DNA of 64,000 bases. It comes from Thalia democratica. Its lineage: Eukaryota. Positions 59,525 to 64,000 of this stretch are shown piece after piece. The stretch spans positions 27,218,001 to 27,282,000 of the forward strand of contig OZ241826.1 in NCBI GenBank assembly GCA_965202585.1. Reading direction: 5' to 3'. The translations under genes were made by a program, and so were the position numbers. Each line of letters opens with the position of its first letter. The first letter of the stretch is position 1. The notes under the pieces were generated by a model. The model was given only the letters and a program-made list of their open reading frames with translations. It did no database searches and had not been told where the DNA came from.

Positions 59525-62188
59525 CATAATATAACGCTTGATCTATATGAAGCTTTTAGTCTTATTTTGATACAGATTAAGACAACAGTTTTTTTTTTTT
59601 TTGCTGAACTCAATTACCAAACTTCCAGCACATTACTTGAACCATCTGTGTATGATTGATGTTTTTGCTATAAACTGCTCTATAAGCAATATACTTGTAC
59701 ATAACCTTATAAACACACCTTGTCTAAAAAAAGACACATTTTTTAGCATTTTTTAACATATATACTTAGGTAACAGTAAGAAAATACATAAAAAATCAAA
59801 CTTTTTATCTGTTGTATAGAATATATCCTCTCATCATTTAGCCTAAAATTTGTAACATATAAATATATTCTTATTTATATAAAAAATTTAAGTTATTCTA
59901 CAAAAAATACAAATATGTAAACTTATTTATGGCATATACACCTCTTAAAACTTATTTTACAAATTTAAACAACTTAAAAAAATCATATAATTGGTTTAGT
60001 ATACACATCAACTTGTTTCACAAGATACTTAACTAACTGATTGATTATAAAGAGCTTAATTGTTTACTTAAAGAAAAAAACACTTTATTTATAAAATTAT
60101 GCTAGATTAACTTTTAATAATATATCACATTTTCACTTGGAAAGTGTCCTTGCTATAGAACATCAATATTGTAAAGCTTAAAAAATCTGCTAGTTCAATA
60201 TGATTAAAGAAAATTTTTACATTTTTTTTAATGCATACCAGATAAAGACAATGGAAACTAAATATTTTTGTTAATTTCTAGAAAAATTTTGGAAAGTTTT
60301 TCTGACTTTAAAGAATTTTAGTTTAATTTTTTACCATTGCAAGGTTTTGTAAAATAAGGAATTTTGTAAACTTAAACTGAAAAATTGTGACATTTTTTTT
60401 TCAATTTTTCTGAAATTTCCTGACTTTTATTTTAAAACCCTTATTTTTTCCTAACTTTTCCTTGTTTCTTAACTTTTTAACAACCCTGTCAGTTTTTTTT
60501 CTAGGTTTCCCAAATTTTCTCCAATTTTGTAAAAGTACATATTTTTGGGTATAAATTTAAGATTAAAATTAATTTTAAGGTACGAAACTGTGCAAAATAA
60601 TATAATAATATAATAATGTAATAATAAATAATGTAAAATAAAACATTAAATGTAGTTTTTAATAAAAAAATCGTGATGATGACAAAACCTTTTTATCTAT
60701 TTCTTAGATTTTTTGAGTCAAATCAAAATTTTACTACTCAGTAAGGTTAAAATTGCTAAAACTCCAGGTTTTTCAGTGATTATTGTTCAAAATTCTGCGT
60801 TTTTTCAAAATTTCTCAAATTCCAGGTTTTTTTGCCTAAATTTGAGGATTTACTAGGTTTTTTGGTAAAATGGCAACCCTGACCCAAACCATTAACCATA
60901 ATAAATAGATAATAACATTTATGAAACTAAAAGCTATATTAAATAATACTTAGTGCTACTGTTGATAAAACTAGACATGTCATGAATAAATATATTATAT
61001 ACAAAAAACAGATACAAACACTAAAAAAGACATAAAAATCAACAACTAAAGAAAATAAATTAAACTTGATTAAAAAATTTAGTTAAAATATAATTTATAA
61101 GGGGTATACTTTAAAATGTATAAATTAAATTAAAAACTATTTACTGCAAATAAAAAACAAACTGTTTAAAAAAAAAACTTACTTTGAATAACTAAAAACA
61201 CAATTTTTTATTTAAACAAAGTTTTAGTAGCAGTAAGGGTGTCTTGAATGATCTTCTTTACAACAAGTGATTACTAACATATGGCTATTGTATTCAAATG
61301 CAAACTTACATCAGTAAAACAATTGACCTTGCAAGCTTTCTCTTTAATGCTAGGATGAACAAGAGCTTTAACTTAAAAACTTATATCAAATTAAAACAGT
61401 TATAAAATGTAGTTTTATATCCTGTTCCACTTTCTCTTCTACTTTTGGAAGAGAATCTTCACTATACTTCTCCTCTGCCATTTTGTTAGAAAATAGACAC
61501 TACTCTTTCTTCATTTAGAAAGAAAAAAAAAGGTATTACATATCAAAATATAACTTGGTCTTAAAACTTATACTTATGTTCTTAAAAAACATTTTAAGTA
61601 TATTTAACTATAAAATAATTAAACAATTTTCTACAAATGGTTTTTGATGAAAAAAAATATTTATCATAATAAATAAAATAACTATTGTGTTTTGACAAGA
61701 AAAACTTATCTTTTCGCTTAAACTTTTCATTTTAATTTCAAAAAAAAAATCAAATATGTGCTACAACTTACTATAAATATTGCAGAATTTGAAACAAATA
61801 AACTTAAAAATCACAAAAAAGACACTCAAATGTCATGCCAATACCCTTATAAGAAACTCCTAAATATCTCAGGGTGTAACTGGTCTTTGCTGTCTTATCA
61901 ACTAATAAATATTGTCGTTTTTATTATTCTATTAAGATTTAAGACCTTACATGAATTTTATATGACTTACTTTGACTTAAAACTGGTCACTAGTTTTTGT
62001 TATTACTTGTAACTTATAAATTGTCAATACTCGTGGTAATTGATTAGACTTCAATTTTGTGAGTTCTATTTTAATTTTTTTTTGCAAGGTTATATAGTGA
62101 CTTATTGTCTTAAATTAATTTAATTCTATTTTGGCTCAGTGGAATTAAATTTTCTCGTTTATATTCTGACTCTTTTGAGATAATTTAT

Positions 62189-63142
62189 ACGAGCATAAAG
62201 TTATTGTTATAGGAAAATTTATTAATTTTTCAAAAAACATAAAACTTTAATGTCAATTATTTTCCTTATCTTAAAAGCTATCTAAAAATTTTTTTTTTAT
62301 TTTAGAGAACGCAACTTTGCCTTTAATTAAAAAAAAAAATTATTTAATTTGGGGTTGGAATTATTTCATGGGGTCCCTCCAAAAATAAAGGTTTTTTTTC
62401 GTTTTTTTTTAATCAAATGGTATTAGAACCAAAAATAAATATTTTTTTTTAATTTTTTTTTTTAATTTCCCTTAGTTTGCATGTTATAAAAACTCGTAAA
62501 TAGTTATTTTATAAATAATGTTAATATCTTTTACTATTTGGCCCAAAATCAAAATGTAGTATATTACACTATCATTTGCCTTGGCCATTTCCTAGATAAA
62601 AAATTGATAAAAGGAAAAAAAAAGTAAGTTAATAAGAATGTGAATTACATTAAATAAAAATAAAATAATTTAATTAAATTTGTTGTATATTCACATTCTT
62701 ATTAATTTTTTTTTTCCTTTTATCAACTTTTTATCTAGGAAATGGCCAAGGCAAATGATAGTGTAATATACTACATTTTGATTTTGGGCCAAATCGTAAA
62801 AGATATTAACATTATTTATAAAATAACTATTTACGAGTTTTTATAACATGCAAACTAAGGGAAATCAAAAAAAAAATTAAAAAAAAAATATTTATTTTTG
62901 GTTCTAATACCATTTGATGAAAAAAAACGAAAAAAAAACCTTTATTTTTGGAGGGACCCCATGAAATTATTCCAACCCCAAACTAAATTTTTTTTTTTTT
63001 TTAAATTAAAGGCAAAGGTGCGTTCTCTAAAATAAAAAAAAAATTTTAGATAGCTTTTAAGATAAGGAAAATAATTGACATTAAAGTTTTATGTTTTTTG
63101 AAAAATTAATAAATTTTCCTATAACAATAACTTTATGCTCGT
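62189..63142. mobile_element. Foldback (Mutator-like) non-autonomous element: ~457-bp inverted arms, 43-nt spacer, 9-bp TSD
   Basis: Ends ACGAGCATAAAG / CTTTATGCTCGT; ATAATTTAT at 62180-62188 and 63143-63151; spacer 62646-62688. Confidence 0.85.
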
Positions 63143-63162
63143 ATAATTTATGACAGTTCTAG

Positions 63163-63708
63163 ACGAGCATAAAGTTAATTTTATAGGCAAATTTATTAAT
63201 TTTTCAAAAAAACATAAAACTTTAATGTCAATTATTTTCCTTATCTTAAAAGCTATCTAAAAAATTTTTTTTTTATCTTAGAGAACGTACCTTTGTCTTT
63301 AATTTAAAAAAAAAATTTGGTTTTGGGTTTGAATTATTTCATGGGATCCCTCCAAAAATAAAGTGTTTTTTTTTATATATCTTTTTAATTAAATGGTAAT
63401 ATAACCAAAAATAAATATTATTTTTAGATATATTTTTTTTTCCTTAGTTTGCATGTTATTTAACCTCGTAAGTTTTTATTTTATAAATAATATTAATATC
63501 TTTTACGATTTGGCCTCAATCAACGACCGGATTTGCTAAAACTTTAAAACATAATATCAAAGAAATAAAAATAAAAAAAATAATTAAATTATTCTATATT
63601 AATTAAATTTGTTGTAATTCACATTCTTATTATTTTTTTTTTTCCTTTTATCAGTTTTTTATCTAGGAAATGGCCAAGGCAAATGATTGTGTAATATACA
63701 TCATTTTG
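63163..63708. mobile_element. Older, internally deleted copy of the same foldback family
   Basis: Starts ACGAGCATAAAG at 63163, follows the left arm to ~63523, then jumps to the spacer and the first part of the right arm (…GGAAATGGCCAAGGCAAATGAT…). Confidence 0.8.
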
Positions 63709-64000
63709 CTTGTTTCCCTCATATTTTACTTTAAACGTTTAGGGAATTCCCCTTATTCTGTTTATTAGATAAGTTTAGTTAGACAATTTAGTAACTGTCA
63801 AGTATTAAGTAATATTGAGTCTATTAAACATATTATTATTAAACTTATATAAAACATAAAATTGATAATCAAAGACAGTTACTATACAAAATACGTTTGT
63901 CTGTTTACATTATAATATTCTATATTTATTTTTAAACAGGCCAATGCCAAAATCAAGAAAATCCAGACTAACTGTTTCAATAGAAAGTTTTTGTGAAGCT

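Larger units (their letters stand above)
55330..62155. repeat. Segmental duplication block B (with ART copy 4), inverted partner of block A
   Basis: Reverse-complement colinearity with 21590-27740; carries an extra ~0.8-kb insert at ~58721-59524. Confidence 0.9.

Noticed and set aside
1-64000. rRNA, tRNA or snRNA genes
   Set aside because: No recognisable conserved sequence or cloverleaf seen by eye; tRNAscan-SE/Infernal not run.

Overview
Very AT-rich eukaryotic (metazoan-like) genomic DNA with GT-AG introns; the composition would fit an invertebrate such as a hydrozoan, but the species cannot be established from sequence alone. Main contents: (1) four copies, in two subfamilies, of a gene with an intronless, relatively GC-rich CDS encoding a protein with two tandem PARP-like ADP-ribosyltransferase (ART) folds; one copy is intact (25247-26938), two are frameshifted at the same poly-A run, one is C-terminally truncated; (2) an 8.9-kb Gypsy-like LTR element (32039-40947) with gag, a -1 frameshift signal, a protease, no detectable RT/RNaseH/integrase, and a decayed env resembling class III (herpes gB-like) fusion proteins; (3) a 12-exon secreted M12B (reprolysin/ADAMTS-like) metalloprotease gene on the minus strand (43442-51546), reconstructed by hand and missed by the ORF track; (4) two hAT-type non-autonomous elements, a 954-bp foldback element with a 9-bp TSD, and many direct and inverted segmental duplications. 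No rRNA, tRNA or CRISPR is supported. Protein family calls rest on motif recognition from memory, not database searches. Identity and GC figures are by-eye estimates, and repeat boundaries are approximate unless termini or TSDs are quoted.
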